Part shown: positions 1 to 8,893 of the stretch, piece after piece | Position numbering within the stretch: the first letter of the stretch is position 1 | How the letters are laid out: each line of letters opens with the position of its first letter | Source of the DNA: Candidatus Thorarchaeota archaeon | Lineage (GTDB): Archaea; Asgardarchaeota; Thorarchaeia; Thorarchaeales; Thorarchaeaceae | Assembly: GCA_016839445.1 (NCBI GenBank) | Contig: JAEOUG010000173.1 | Span: 1-35,633 of the forward strand | DNA length: 35,633 bases | Direction of reading: 5' to 3' | Position numbers and translations under genes: made by a program | Notes under the pieces: generated by a model | Databases searched by the model: none | Told to the model about the DNA's origin: nothing | What the model saw: only the letters and a program-made list of their open reading frames with translations

Positions 1-1529
1 CTCACCTGTAGGCCGGATCCCGGGGAGTAGCCGCCAGGGACAGTCATTATGGGGCCTTCTCCGAGAGGGTAGACCATTGTGTATCCATGCCGCGCCCATG
101 AGGGTTCGGCAGCAATCCCGCGAACCATTCTGCCGACGTATTGGTCCTTGCGGAGACGGTTAATCTTCTCTGCCTCTCGTCTGAGTAGCTTCCCAGATTC
201 GCTCTCCTGAGAAGATGCAGGATAGCCCGCGAAGGCCGATGCTGGAAGCGGCCTGAATCCGTATAGAATGATTCGCTCTGCTCCCGCTTCATAGAGTCGC
301 CACATCATTCGGATTGACTCACTGGTCGTTTCTTCACTCTCACCGGGTAGGCCATAGATGAAGTAGACGAAAGGCTTCATCCCGTGATCCAATGCAGTCC
401 TGGTTGCCTCCAAGACATCATCAGGCGAGCCACACTTCCCAATCTCCTTCATGTGTCGGGCGGACCCAGTCTCTATTCCTATGTTGGGCGAACTTGAGAA
501 CCCTGTGCTGACAAGGAGTTCCGCAACATCCTTGGTGAAGAGACACGCCTTTATGTTCTCGATGGCAATGTGTACGTCCCCTGCATCCACAGACGGAATC
601 GAACCTAGCTGGGTCAGAAGGCACCTCAATGCCTCTATGTTTGGCTTGGGCGAACAGGGGGCCGTCAGAGGGTCGTCTCCTCGCATATAGTCGAGAAATC
701 CTGGCGCCTCCAGCACGATTCTCCTTACACCAAGATCAATCAGCTCACGTATCTCCGATATGATTGAATCTGTGGATCTGCTTCTTGGTGGACCCCATAC
801 GGCAGGGACACTACAGAACCCGCAACCCGGAGGGATTCCCTCTGGGCAGTCCATCCTGGTTGCTGCATCTTCCGAGTAGCAGTCACCGCAGTCCGTGCAC
901 TGGCGGCCATCGGTAGTAGGTAGTGTCGTTCTTCTGAAGTTCGAACACCCTCTTACTACTTCCACGTACACCTTGCTGGCCTGATATGTCGGGTAGTCCG
1001 TGATTCTCGTCGTAGAGGGATGATAGTCCTCAGAGATTTCCTTTGGTGTAAGTGGGGCTCTTGTGGGTGTCCTCACTATCTTGTTGTCTTTGCGGTAAGC
1101 AATCCCCAAGACGGAGGTGGGGTCGGCTCCGTCTTCGAAGTAACCTGATGTTACAAGTTCACTCAGGGTTGCCTCTCCTTCCCCAATGACGAAGAGGTCA
1201 ACAGTCAAATCTGACAGGAGTTCGCTGTGTAGTGTGATGGGGCCGCCCGCGACAACACGCCCAGTTCTCCGGGTCTTCTTCCAGATACTTGAAACCATTC
1301 TGACGCTCGGGAGGTCCATGGACATAGCACTAATGGCCAGATGGTCAAACCGCCGCAGTACTGAAGACCTACGAAGCACGTCTTCGACTCTCTCGATTCT
1401 GCACTCTATGACATGCTTCTCAAACACTCCAGCAACTGCTCTTGGACCACATCCAATTGAATCACGGGAGCTACGCCTTCTTCCTGACCCTGCGCTTAGT
1501 GCGTCAACTATGAGAACTCGCGACGTCAT
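1..1529 (-). CDS. B12-binding-domain radical SAM protein (partial; runs off window start)
   Basis: Manual translation from ATG at 1529: MTSRVLIVDALSAGSGRR...GRVVAGGPIT...DLFVIGEGEATL...VYVEVVRGCSNF...GCGFCSVP...IGIETGS...YFIYGLPGESEET. The frame is open to the window edge with no stop, which explains its absence from the ORF track. Confidence 0.88.
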   Translation of the reverse strand, partial: MTSRVLIVDALSAGSGRRRSSRDSIGCGPRAVAGVFEKHVIECRIERVEDVLRRSSVLRRFDHLAISAMSMDLPSVRMVSSIWKKTRRTGRVVAGGPITLHSELLSDLTVDLFVIGEGEATLSELVTSGYFEDGADPTSVLGIAYRKDNKIVRTPTRAPLTPKEISEDYHPSTTRITDYPTYQASKVYVEVVRGCSNFRRTTLPTTDGRQCTDCGDCYSEDAATRMDCPEGIPPGCGFCSVPAVWGPPRSRSTDSIISEIRELIDLGVRRIVLEAPGFLDYMRGDDPLTAPCSPKPNIEALRCLLTQLGSIPSVDAGDVHIAIENIKACLFTKDVAELLVSTGFSSSPNIGIETGSARHMKEIGKCGSPDDVLEATRTALDHGMKPFVYFIYGLPGESEETTSESIRMMWRLYEAGAERIILYGFRPLPASAFAGYPASSQESESGKLLRREAEKINRLRKDQYVGRMVRGIAAEPSWARHGYTMVYPLGEGPIMTVPGGYSPGSGLQV

Positions 1530-1664
1530 CGGGTGTTTCTTGGTATCGCGCATTCTTTACTCTTGTCAGTAATGGCAGAGAGCCCTTCATAGCACTTATT
1601 AGGTCCAGAGGGAACACATCCGCCAGCAGAACGCTTAAACCAAATTCTAGGAGTAAATAGCTGC

Positions 1665-2009
1665 GTGAGCGACGACGAAGGCGGAATATGCCCAAATTGT
1701 GGACTTCCTCAGGACCTGTGTGTCTGTGAAACCATAGCACAGGAAGAGGCAAGGATTTCTGTGACTGTTGAACGCCGAAAGTGGGGTCGCCTGACAACTG
1801 TTGTTGAAGGCTTTGACAAGAATATCGATCTAGGAGACCTCGCTACAAAGTTGAAGGGCAAGCTTGCCTGTGGTGGAGCTGCGAAACACGGCCATATCGA
1901 GCTGCAAGGCGACCACCGTGGTGTAATCCAAGAAACACTGGCCAAACTTGGGTTCCCTGAAGAGATGGTCCAAGTGGACTGGTCCTTCCAAGCAAGGGGA
2001 AGAAGATAG
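1665..2009 (+). CDS. sui1: Translation initiation factor aIF1 (SUI1 family)
   Basis: CPNCGLPQDLCVC N-terminus, RRKWGRLTTVVEG, LKGKLACGG, IELQGDHR; GTG start after GGAG; TTAAA at ~1635. Confidence 0.95.
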   Translation: MSDDEGGICPNCGLPQDLCVCETIAQEEARISVTVERRKWGRLTTVVEGFDKNIDLGDLATKLKGKLACGGAAKHGHIELQGDHRGVIQETLAKLGFPEEMVQVDWSFQARGRR

Positions 2010-2073
2010 GACTGCTGGTCAATCCGCCTCAGCAGGGTCTGGTGCCGGGGCAGGGAAGATTAGGTCTCCAAGC

Positions 2074-3045
2074 TCAGCCGCTCAGACTCATCGAGTCGAT
2101 CCCAAGCTTGCGTACAATCTCCTTGTACCGATTCCTGACTGTGACTTCAGTTACCCTAGCCACCTCAGCTATCTCGCGTTGCGTCCTGCGCTCATCCAGC
2201 ATTATGGATGCAACGTAAATGGCTGCGGCAGCAAGACCCAATGGGTCTCGGCCAATGGTCAGACCCATGTCTCGGCTCTGCTTCAGGATTTCCACGGTAC
2301 GCAATTGCACCGGACTTGAGAGAGAGAGCTGAGAGGCGAACCGCGAGATGTAGTCAATGGGGTTCGAGAGGGGGATCTTGATGTTGAGGCTGCGGAGCAA
2401 TAGTCGGTAGCATTGGCCAAGCTTCTTTCGATCCACTCGCGATGCATCTGCGACCTCATCAAGTGGCCTGGGCTTCTGACGGACTCGACACGCTGCATAG
2501 AGAGTGGCTGCGACCATGGCTTCGATCGATCTACCTCGCACGAGCTTCTTGAGGATCGATTTGCGATAGAGAAGTGCTGCATGCTCTCGGATTGGCTCCG
2601 GAATGCCAAGCTGGGAGGCAAGCCGCTCTAGCTCAGACATGGCCTGAGCCAGATTTCGATCCATGCTGCTGTGTACTCTTGACCGTATCTGCCAGCGCCT
2701 CAGCCTGTATATCTCAGACCTTCGCGTTGGAGTGAGCTTCCTTCCAGAGATGTCCCGGTCTCGCCAATCGATAACAGTAGAGAGACCCTTGTCGTGGATT
2801 GTGTATCGAAGTGGTGCCCCCACTCTACTGCGATTGTCGCTCTCCTCAGCACTGAATGCCCGCCACTCGGCGCCTGTGTCAATCCTGTGGTCCGAGAGCA
2901 CAAGACCACATCCCCCACAGACGCGTTCACCCCGAGTCAGGTCCTCAACGACTGAAGTAGAGCCACACTCTGAGCAACAGATGACTTTGCTCGAGGGTTC
3001 CGCAGTCGATTCCTTCTTCTGAGTAGCAGCTCGTGCTTGGTCCAA
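2074..3045 (-). CDS. tfb: Transcription initiation factor IIB (TFB)
   Basis: Zn ribbon CSECG...CGGCG, B-reader GAEWRAFS/RVGAP, two cyclin repeats ending TEVTVRNRYKEI. Confidence 0.97.
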   Translation of the reverse strand: MDQARAATQKKESTAEPSSKVICCSECGSTSVVEDLTRGERVCGGCGLVLSDHRIDTGAEWRAFSAEESDNRSRVGAPLRYTIHDKGLSTVIDWRDRDISGRKLTPTRRSEIYRLRRWQIRSRVHSSMDRNLAQAMSELERLASQLGIPEPIREHAALLYRKSILKKLVRGRSIEAMVAATLYAACRVRQKPRPLDEVADASRVDRKKLGQCYRLLLRSLNIKIPLSNPIDYISRFASQLSLSSPVQLRTVEILKQSRDMGLTIGRDPLGLAAAAIYVASIMLDERRTQREIAEVARVTEVTVRNRYKEIVRKLGIDSMSLSG

Positions 3046-3214
3046 TGCCTCTCCTCCGAAACATCCGGCACCCGTACAAAACCGCCAGTATTCGAGGTAG
3101 AAATATCAAGGAGTCAACGACAGTCTCCCGGGACCCACAAAAGTATGCTTCAACTTTTGGACTTTTAACACTTCTGTGCAGTCGGGCACACCTATGTAGG
3201 ATTGCAGGGTTGTG

Positions 3215-4144
3215 CTAAGTCGTCTGTTCGTGGCCCTTGTCAGTGATGATCACTGTGTGTTCGCTTTGCGAAACGAACTCACCCTTCTCTTCTGCGAGGA
3301 TATGGTGAGCGAAAAGCGCTCCGTTCTGTTGGAGTTCACGGATGGCCATCTTCAGAGTGGCATGTTTCATCTGCTTGGTCAGCCAGCGCTCTGCAAATGG
3401 AAACTCCTTGTAGTCCTTTCGTGCAATGCCCAGGAACTGTTTTGTGCCCTTGAAGCGAACTGGAACACGGATAGGAAGTAGCTGGTATATGAGCGGATTC
3501 GGGAGGTCAGATACATTGCCGGAGCCTGTGCTAGCGAAAGTCTCTACAGCGTATACTTCACCTTCCTCAACGAGAACCTCTGCCTTTCCCGAAACACAGG
3601 GTACTTGCTTTTCTGCGTGAAGTTCGTACTCCTTGAGCTGATGTCCCGACAATTGCCTCACTGGATTGAAACCTGCGCTCTTGATGGTGTCTTCAATAAG
3701 GGCACCGATTGTGTTCAGCTTCGCGCCGGGTCGCATCATCCGAATGGCCGTCTTTGTAGCATCTTCGGATGCCTTGACAAGCCCCTGATGGTCTGGATTA
3801 AGGGCTACGGTGAATGCAGTGTCAGCGATGCAGCCATCAACGTGTGAGCCGCAGTCGACGGTGACCAGATCACCTTCCTCAATCACTGTCGGGTCATCGA
3901 TAGGTGAGGTGTAGTGTGCGGCAATATGGTTGATTGCGACATTGCAGGGGAACGACGTCCCGGATGAGTGTTCGATAATGTATCCCTCAACTGCCTCGAT
4001 GATGTCGATGACTTTTGCGCCTGGCTCAATCATCGGTCTGGCAATCTTCAGAGCTTCTTTTGCGACTCGACCTGCATTGCGCCAGTTCTCCCAGGCGTCA
4101 GCAGTATCACCATTGTCGGCTTCTATCGTGTTTTTGTCTGACAC
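3215..4144 (-). CDS. map: Methionine aminopeptidase type II
   Basis: FPCNVAINHIAAHYT, VDCGSHVDGCIADTAFT, LSGHQL, AVETFAS, SQSEHTVII. Confidence 0.96.
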   Translation of the reverse strand: MSDKNTIEADNGDTADAWENWRNAGRVAKEALKIARPMIEPGAKVIDIIEAVEGYIIEHSSGTSFPCNVAINHIAAHYTSPIDDPTVIEEGDLVTVDCGSHVDGCIADTAFTVALNPDHQGLVKASEDATKTAIRMMRPGAKLNTIGALIEDTIKSAGFNPVRQLSGHQLKEYELHAEKQVPCVSGKAEVLVEEGEVYAVETFASTGSGNVSDLPNPLIYQLLPIRVPVRFKGTKQFLGIARKDYKEFPFAERWLTKQMKHATLKMAIRELQQNGALFAHHILAEEKGEFVSQSEHTVIITDKGHEQTT

Positions 4145-4207
4145 GCTATCTCACCATCAATCATGGCTCGTGAAGTGGTGGACAGATAAAAGTGACGGAA
4201 CAGATGT

Positions 4208-4603
4208 CTAGGAGAGAACTTGCTCTATCCGTCGGGCGGTCCTGGACATGGAGAAGAACATGTAGCCAATGTTGGCTCGCTTGTTTGTGAGAACAGTAAG
4301 TATGGCATCGCTGCCTGCATCACAGATGATGACGTAGCCGGTTTCACCTTCTATCAGCATCCGGATGAGCGGGCCACGCTTTAATTGCTTGAAGACCTTT
4401 CTCGTGGCCTCCTGGATCTGTGTTGCACGGCCGGCAATCACATCATCATCAGGAATCCGCTTCTCATCTATTCCATTAGGGAAGTGAGAACAGATTGTCA
4501 GCCCTTGGGACTTGGAGATGATCGCGCTAGCTTCGACGTTGCCCTGGGAGGCATTGCTTAAGTCAATGAGAAGAGCATTCAGCATGTCTGTCTTTGAGGA
4601 CAA
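4208..4603 (-). CDS. Roadblock/LC7 (LAMTOR2-like) domain protein
   Basis: 131 aa; VEASAIISKSQGLTICS, RMLIEGETGYVIICDAGSDAILTVLT...ANIGYMFFSMSRTARRI matches the roadblock/MglB pattern. Confidence 0.88.
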   Translation of the reverse strand: MSSKTDMLNALLIDLSNASQGNVEASAIISKSQGLTICSHFPNGIDEKRIPDDDVIAGRATQIQEATRKVFKQLKRGPLIRMLIEGETGYVIICDAGSDAILTVLTNKRANIGYMFFSMSRTARRIEQVLS

Positions 4604-4635
4604 CGTAGGGACCTCCCAGGGTGGTGAAAGGAAGG

Positions 4636-4646
4636 ATATATTTAAA
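4636..4646 (-). promoter_or_regulatory. Putative TATA box for the roadblock gene, overlapping the GGGPS stop codon
   Basis: Minus strand reads TTTAAATATAT about 35-40 nt upstream of the TTG start; GGGAGG SD-like site in between. Confidence 0.55.
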
Positions 4647-5415
4647 CTCTCTTGGCGCCAGCTTCCTTCAAAGCCTTGATAATGACCTCAAGGCCCTTGC
4701 CTTTGTCCTTCTGGACCTGTTTCTCGATGTAGGTTCCCTGAACAACAATGGAGGCGCCGGCCTCGACTGCAGATACTACTGACTTTGCATCATTGAATCC
4801 GCCACCAGTGATAACTGGAATGTCAATGAACTGAGATACTGTCGCAATCATTTGTGGAGGGACTCCTCCGCCCTCAGCCCCACTCCCTGCCTCAAGGTAG
4901 ACGAGTTTGAGGCCGAGCAGTTCGGCTGCAATCGCATACATTGCTGGCAGCTTCGGCTTGTCTCGAGGGAAGGGTTTGGCATCACCTACCCATGAGGCAG
5001 TCTTCCCGGGAGCTACTAGTAGGTACGCCATAGGAATGGCTTCGATCCCGGTCAACTTGACCTTGGGTGCAGCTAGAGCCTGAGCCCCTATAATCCAGTA
5101 GGGGTTTGTGCTGTTGAGTAGCGTCATGAAGAACATAGCGTCGGCGTGTTCGGAGACTCCAGTGATGTTGCCTGGGAAGAGGATCGTCGGAATATCCACC
5201 GCCTCGCTCAGCTTCCTGACAGAGTCGTCGATGACACCGAAGATAGTGCTGCCCCCAATCATGATAGCGTCACTTCCAGCCTTCTCAGCAAGCTTTGCCT
5301 GCTCGACTACGTCTTCAATAGTCGTTGAGAGAGGGTCGGGGTCAAGAAGGGAGAAGTGGCATGCACCCTCGGTGCTGAGTTTGTCGGTGATGTAATTCCA
5401 GACCTTTCCAGTCAT
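4642..5415 (-). CDS. Geranylgeranylglyceryl phosphate synthase (group II)
   Basis: HFSLLDPD, DAIMIGGST, ILFPGN, LLNSTNPYWIIGAQ, YLEAGSGA, TGGG motifs. Confidence 0.95.
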   Translation of the reverse strand: MTGKVWNYITDKLSTEGACHFSLLDPDPLSTTIEDVVEQAKLAEKAGSDAIMIGGSTIFGVIDDSVRKLSEAVDIPTILFPGNITGVSEHADAMFFMTLLNSTNPYWIIGAQALAAPKVKLTGIEAIPMAYLLVAPGKTASWVGDAKPFPRDKPKLPAMYAIAAELLGLKLVYLEAGSGAEGGGVPPQMIATVSQFIDIPVITGGGFNDAKSVVSAVEAGASIVVQGTYIEKQVQKDKGKGLEVIIKALKEAGAKRV

Positions 5416-5477
5416 TCGGATGCCTCCGGTAGAGTGGAGCCGTCGTGAGGTGCTTTTTACGGTTTTGGTGGTCAGCG

Positions 5478-6113
5478 TCAGTTAGGAGTTCGTCGATGTT
5501 TCGGCAAGAAGCTACCTGTTCGCTTCATATACTCGACATACTCCTCGCCGAAGTGCTCTAGCATTCGCTCCTCCTCAGACTTGGAGATCTTGTAGTATCC
5601 TGGAATTCCAAGAAGAAGGAAGAGCCCGATAACCGAGGGCCACATGACAAACAGCCCGACAAAAGCGAGCATGTAGGAGAGGTAAGAAGGGTGCCGTACC
5701 CACTTGTATGGGCCGTTCGACACAATCTGGTGTCCCTCTCCCATGTCCCAGCTGCTCGCCATATCTCTGCGGACTGCTCTTGACCACCCGTGCAAGACTA
5801 TGGCCGTTGCTAGAAGCAGAAGACCTGCTACCCACTGCAAATCAGGAGCACTCCAGAGTACAGAGAGAAGTGGCAGTGTCTCCATGGCAGCGGAAACGAC
5901 CCAGCTGAAAATCATCATGCCCACCATCCAGAATGAGCAGAGCGTTGCTAGACCAGCAAGCACAACCACTGCACCAGGGCCAGAGAACCGTTCTTCGTCG
6001 ACCGCAGACCCTCCACCCCTGCGAATCTTACCAATGTCGTAGTAGAGGTGAAGGATCATGTCCCCAGCGCCAAGGACCGTGATGATAGGCCCAGCCACAG
6101 CAAGGTCAAGCAT
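5478..6113 (-). CDS. Isoprenylcysteine carboxyl methyltransferase / PEMT-family membrane methyltransferase
   Basis: Several TM helices, GPYKWVRHPSY, EEERMLEHFGEEYVEYMKRTGSFLP; start moved to ATG 6113 (MLDLAV) because the longer ORF overlaps the hdrA start and promoter. Confidence 0.85.
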   Translation of the reverse strand: MLDLAVAGPIITVLGAGDMILHLYYDIGKIRRGGGSAVDEERFSGPGAVVVLAGLATLCSFWMVGMMIFSWVVSAAMETLPLLSVLWSAPDLQWVAGLLLLATAIVLHGWSRAVRRDMASSWDMGEGHQIVSNGPYKWVRHPSYLSYMLAFVGLFVMWPSVIGLFLLLGIPGYYKISKSEEERMLEHFGEEYVEYMKRTGSFLPKHRRTPN

Positions 6114-6278
6114 GACGGAAACCGTTACATAACAAGCATATCTTGATTGTGGGCGTTCACTTTCGGCGGCCTCGTCCCGAAACATCTTAATATGTGAGGT
6201 AGTGGGGCTGATGATTGAGAGTCTGGACATTGTACTCTGATACAATATCCGGCTGCCTCGGACCAAGGAGAATAACAC

Positions 6279-8246
6279 ATGCCTGAGAAGCGAATTGGCG
6301 TCTTCCTGTGCCACTGCGGCAGTAACATCGCCGGAGTGGTCGACATCAATAAGGTCAAGGAGAGTCTAAAAGGAGTACCAAACGTTGAGGTGGTCGAAGA
6401 CTACAAGTACGTATGCTCCAAGCCAGGCCAGCAGATTCTCAAAGATGCAATAGCGAAGAACCGTCTCAACGGGATCGTAATAGCATCATGCTCACCAAGG
6501 ATGCACGAACCCACATTCAGACAGACACTGCGCGAAGTGGGCATGAATCCCTTCCTTCTTGAAATCGCAAATATCCGAGAGCATGTATCATGGATTCACT
6601 CCGACAACCCTGAAGCGGCAACAAAGAAAGCGATAGACTTGGTCAAAATGGCGGTGGCCAGGGCAAGACTGCTCGTAGCACTTGATGAGCCTGAAGTGAA
6701 GATACGCAAGTCTACCCTCGTTGTGGGAGGAGGCATAGCGGGCATCTCGGCATCCCTCGATCTTGCAGACGCAGGGTTCAAGGTCTACCTTGTGGAGAAG
6801 GAGCCGAGTATTGGGGGGAAGATGTCCAGGTGGGACAAGACCTTCCCTACACTGGACTGCTCAAGCTGTATTCTCACCCCTCGAATGGCCGAGGTTGGAA
6901 GTCATCCTAACGTCGAGCTCTTCACAATGGCAGAGGTAGAAGATGTTCAGGGATTTGTGGGAAATTTCGAGGTCAAGATACGACAGAAACCCAGGTATGT
7001 GATAGCGGACAAATGCACCTCCTGTGGCGACTGCTCCGAGATATGTCCAGTGGACGTGCCTTCTGAGTTCGACGCGAATCTTAGCTATAGGAAAGCAATC
7101 TACATCCCCTTCGCTCAGGCAGTTCCTTCGACATATCTTCTGGACATGGACAATTGCTTGGGTGTTGATGCCGTTCGCTGCGGCAAGTGCAAGGACGCAT
7201 GCGAAGCAGAAGCAATCAACTATGACGATCATGAGAGAATCATCGAGATTGAGGTTGGCACCATCATAGTTGCCACAGGCTTCGAAATCTTCGATGCAAC
7301 GAAGAAGGAGGAGTACGGGTACGGAGTCTTCCCCAATGTGGTGAACATGGCAGAAGTGGAGAGAATGCTCAGCTCTGCAGGTCCTACAACGGGTCATGTG
7401 GTTAGGCCATCTGACCTCCAGGAACCGCAGAAAGTGGTCTATATCCAATGCGTCGGAAGCCGAGATGAACGGACAAACAAGTACTGCTCTCGTATCTGCT
7501 GTATGACGGCCATTAAGCAGGCCCGAATGATACGTGATAAGCTCGGAGCTGAAGTGTACGTGTTCTACATCGACCTGCGGACCTTCGGGAAAGGCTACGA
7601 GGAGTTCTATGAGGCTACTGCGTCAGCAGGAGTCACCTTTGTCCGGGGGAGAGTGGGAGAGATTCTTGAGAACGAGAAGACGCATCTACTCACTATTCGA
7701 GGTGAAGACACACTACTGGGCCAGCCCATAGAGCTGAGGGATGTAGACCTGGTCGTTCTATCGACTGGCGTCGTAGCGCCGGAGTCTGCTAAGAGGATAG
7801 CCCATGCGTTGAACCTCAGTCTTTCTCCAGATGGCTTCCTTCTTGAGGCTCATCCCAAGCTCAGGCCCGTTGACTCGTTCAATGATGGGATTTTCGTCGC
7901 CGGAATGGCTCAAGGTCCCAAGGACATCCCTGACACTGTGGCTCAGGCGAAAGCGGCTGCAGCAGGAGCAATGGGTCTGATGGGGAAGGGGAAGATCAAT
8001 GTGGAACCCTACTACTCCGTTGTGGACGAAGACAAGTGTGCTGGCTGTCAGGTGTGCATCTCGGTCTGTCCATACAATGCGATTGTCCTAAACGAGAGAG
8101 GATTCGCCGAGGTCAATCCTGCACTGTGTAAGGGGTGCGGTACATGCACCGCAACGTGCGCAAGCGGAGCCATCTCTTCACAGCACTACACCGACGGGCA
8201 GATCTCTGCGATGATCTCAGAGTACTTGGCCCAAGACAAGACGTAG
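6279..8246 (+). CDS. hdrA: Heterodisulfide reductase subunit A-like flavo/Fe-S protein
   Basis: IGVFLCHCGSNI, GGGIAG FAD motif, KTFPTLDCSSC, IQCVGSRD...YCSRICC, EAHPKLRPV, C-terminal 2x[4Fe-4S] ferredoxin. Confidence 0.96.
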   Translation: MPEKRIGVFLCHCGSNIAGVVDINKVKESLKGVPNVEVVEDYKYVCSKPGQQILKDAIAKNRLNGIVIASCSPRMHEPTFRQTLREVGMNPFLLEIANIREHVSWIHSDNPEAATKKAIDLVKMAVARARLLVALDEPEVKIRKSTLVVGGGIAGISASLDLADAGFKVYLVEKEPSIGGKMSRWDKTFPTLDCSSCILTPRMAEVGSHPNVELFTMAEVEDVQGFVGNFEVKIRQKPRYVIADKCTSCGDCSEICPVDVPSEFDANLSYRKAIYIPFAQAVPSTYLLDMDNCLGVDAVRCGKCKDACEAEAINYDDHERIIEIEVGTIIVATGFEIFDATKKEEYGYGVFPNVVNMAEVERMLSSAGPTTGHVVRPSDLQEPQKVVYIQCVGSRDERTNKYCSRICCMTAIKQARMIRDKLGAEVYVFYIDLRTFGKGYEEFYEATASAGVTFVRGRVGEILENEKTHLLTIRGEDTLLGQPIELRDVDLVVLSTGVVAPESAKRIAHALNLSLSPDGFLLEAHPKLRPVDSFNDGIFVAGMAQGPKDIPDTVAQAKAAAAGAMGLMGKGKINVEPYYSVVDEDKCAGCQVCISVCPYNAIVLNERGFAEVNPALCKGCGTCTATCASGAISSQHYTDGQISAMISEYLAQDKT

Positions 8247-8260
8247 AGGCAGAGACGACA

Positions 8261-8869
8261 ATGAGAGACGTCGGCGTGGCAATACTCGCCGGAGGGGCAT
8301 CGAAGAGGCTGGGAGAACCGAAGGCGCTTCTGCAGTTTCATGGCAGGCCTCTCATCAGCCATGTACTCGAGGTGGCCAAGAAGCTGACATCTGACGTCAT
8401 GATAGTAGTGTCCGAGGAAACTCAGATCGAACAACTCAGGGACTACATTGGCGACGTCCAGATACACTACGACCCAGAAGACTCAATCCGGTGCGCATTG
8501 ACGGGTGCCATCACGGCATTCGAATTCGCTCCGAAGAAGTACACTCAGCTACTCCCGGTTGATGCCCCTCTTGTAGAGCCTGATATCATACGATTCCTCG
8601 CAGATCTCGCACCGGGGCATGGAGCAGTCGTCCCGTCGTGGCCCAACGGATACATTGAACCGCTCCACTCGACATACCATTCTGAGCATGCCTACGCCCT
8701 CGGACTTGAGGTGATGGAACAGGGGCAGCGTAGAATGAGTGACTTGCTTCATAGACTACGCAATGTGCTGCACGTTTCGACCGAGGCTCTGAGAAAGATG
8801 GACCCCGACCTCAAGACCTTCAAGAACATCAACAGCCTTCAAGATCTGAAGAGAGAAGAACGAGGCTAG
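8261..8869 (+). CDS. mobA: Molybdenum cofactor guanylyltransferase (MobA-like NTP transferase)
   Basis: ILAGGASKRLGEPKALL, LLPVDAP, IEPLHSTY, FKNINS; ATG 8261 just after the hdrA stop. Confidence 0.88.
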   Translation: MRDVGVAILAGGASKRLGEPKALLQFHGRPLISHVLEVAKKLTSDVMIVVSEETQIEQLRDYIGDVQIHYDPEDSIRCALTGAITAFEFAPKKYTQLLPVDAPLVEPDIIRFLADLAPGHGAVVPSWPNGYIEPLHSTYHSEHAYALGLEVMEQGQRRMSDLLHRLRNVLHVSTEALRKMDPDLKTFKNINSLQDLKREERG

Positions 8870-8893
8870 TTGTGCGATTCAGAACACAAGAGA

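Noticed and set aside
47-1572. Short ORFs listed by the track in 47-1572
   Set aside because: The region is explained by the single minus-strand radical SAM frame.
6114-6314. N-terminal extension of the ICMT-like ORF
   Set aside because: It overlaps the hdrA promoter and start codon; the membrane domain begins at ATG 6113.
6279-8246. Selenocysteine in HdrA and a SECIS nearby
   Set aside because: The frame is open without TGA, and the usual Sec site reads PTLDCSSC with Cys codons. The ATGA...TGA motif at 6211-6240 is too short for a eukaryote-like SECIS.
8135-8260. N-terminal extension of mobA
   Set aside because: It overlaps the hdrA 3' end; the family motif begins right after ATG 8261.
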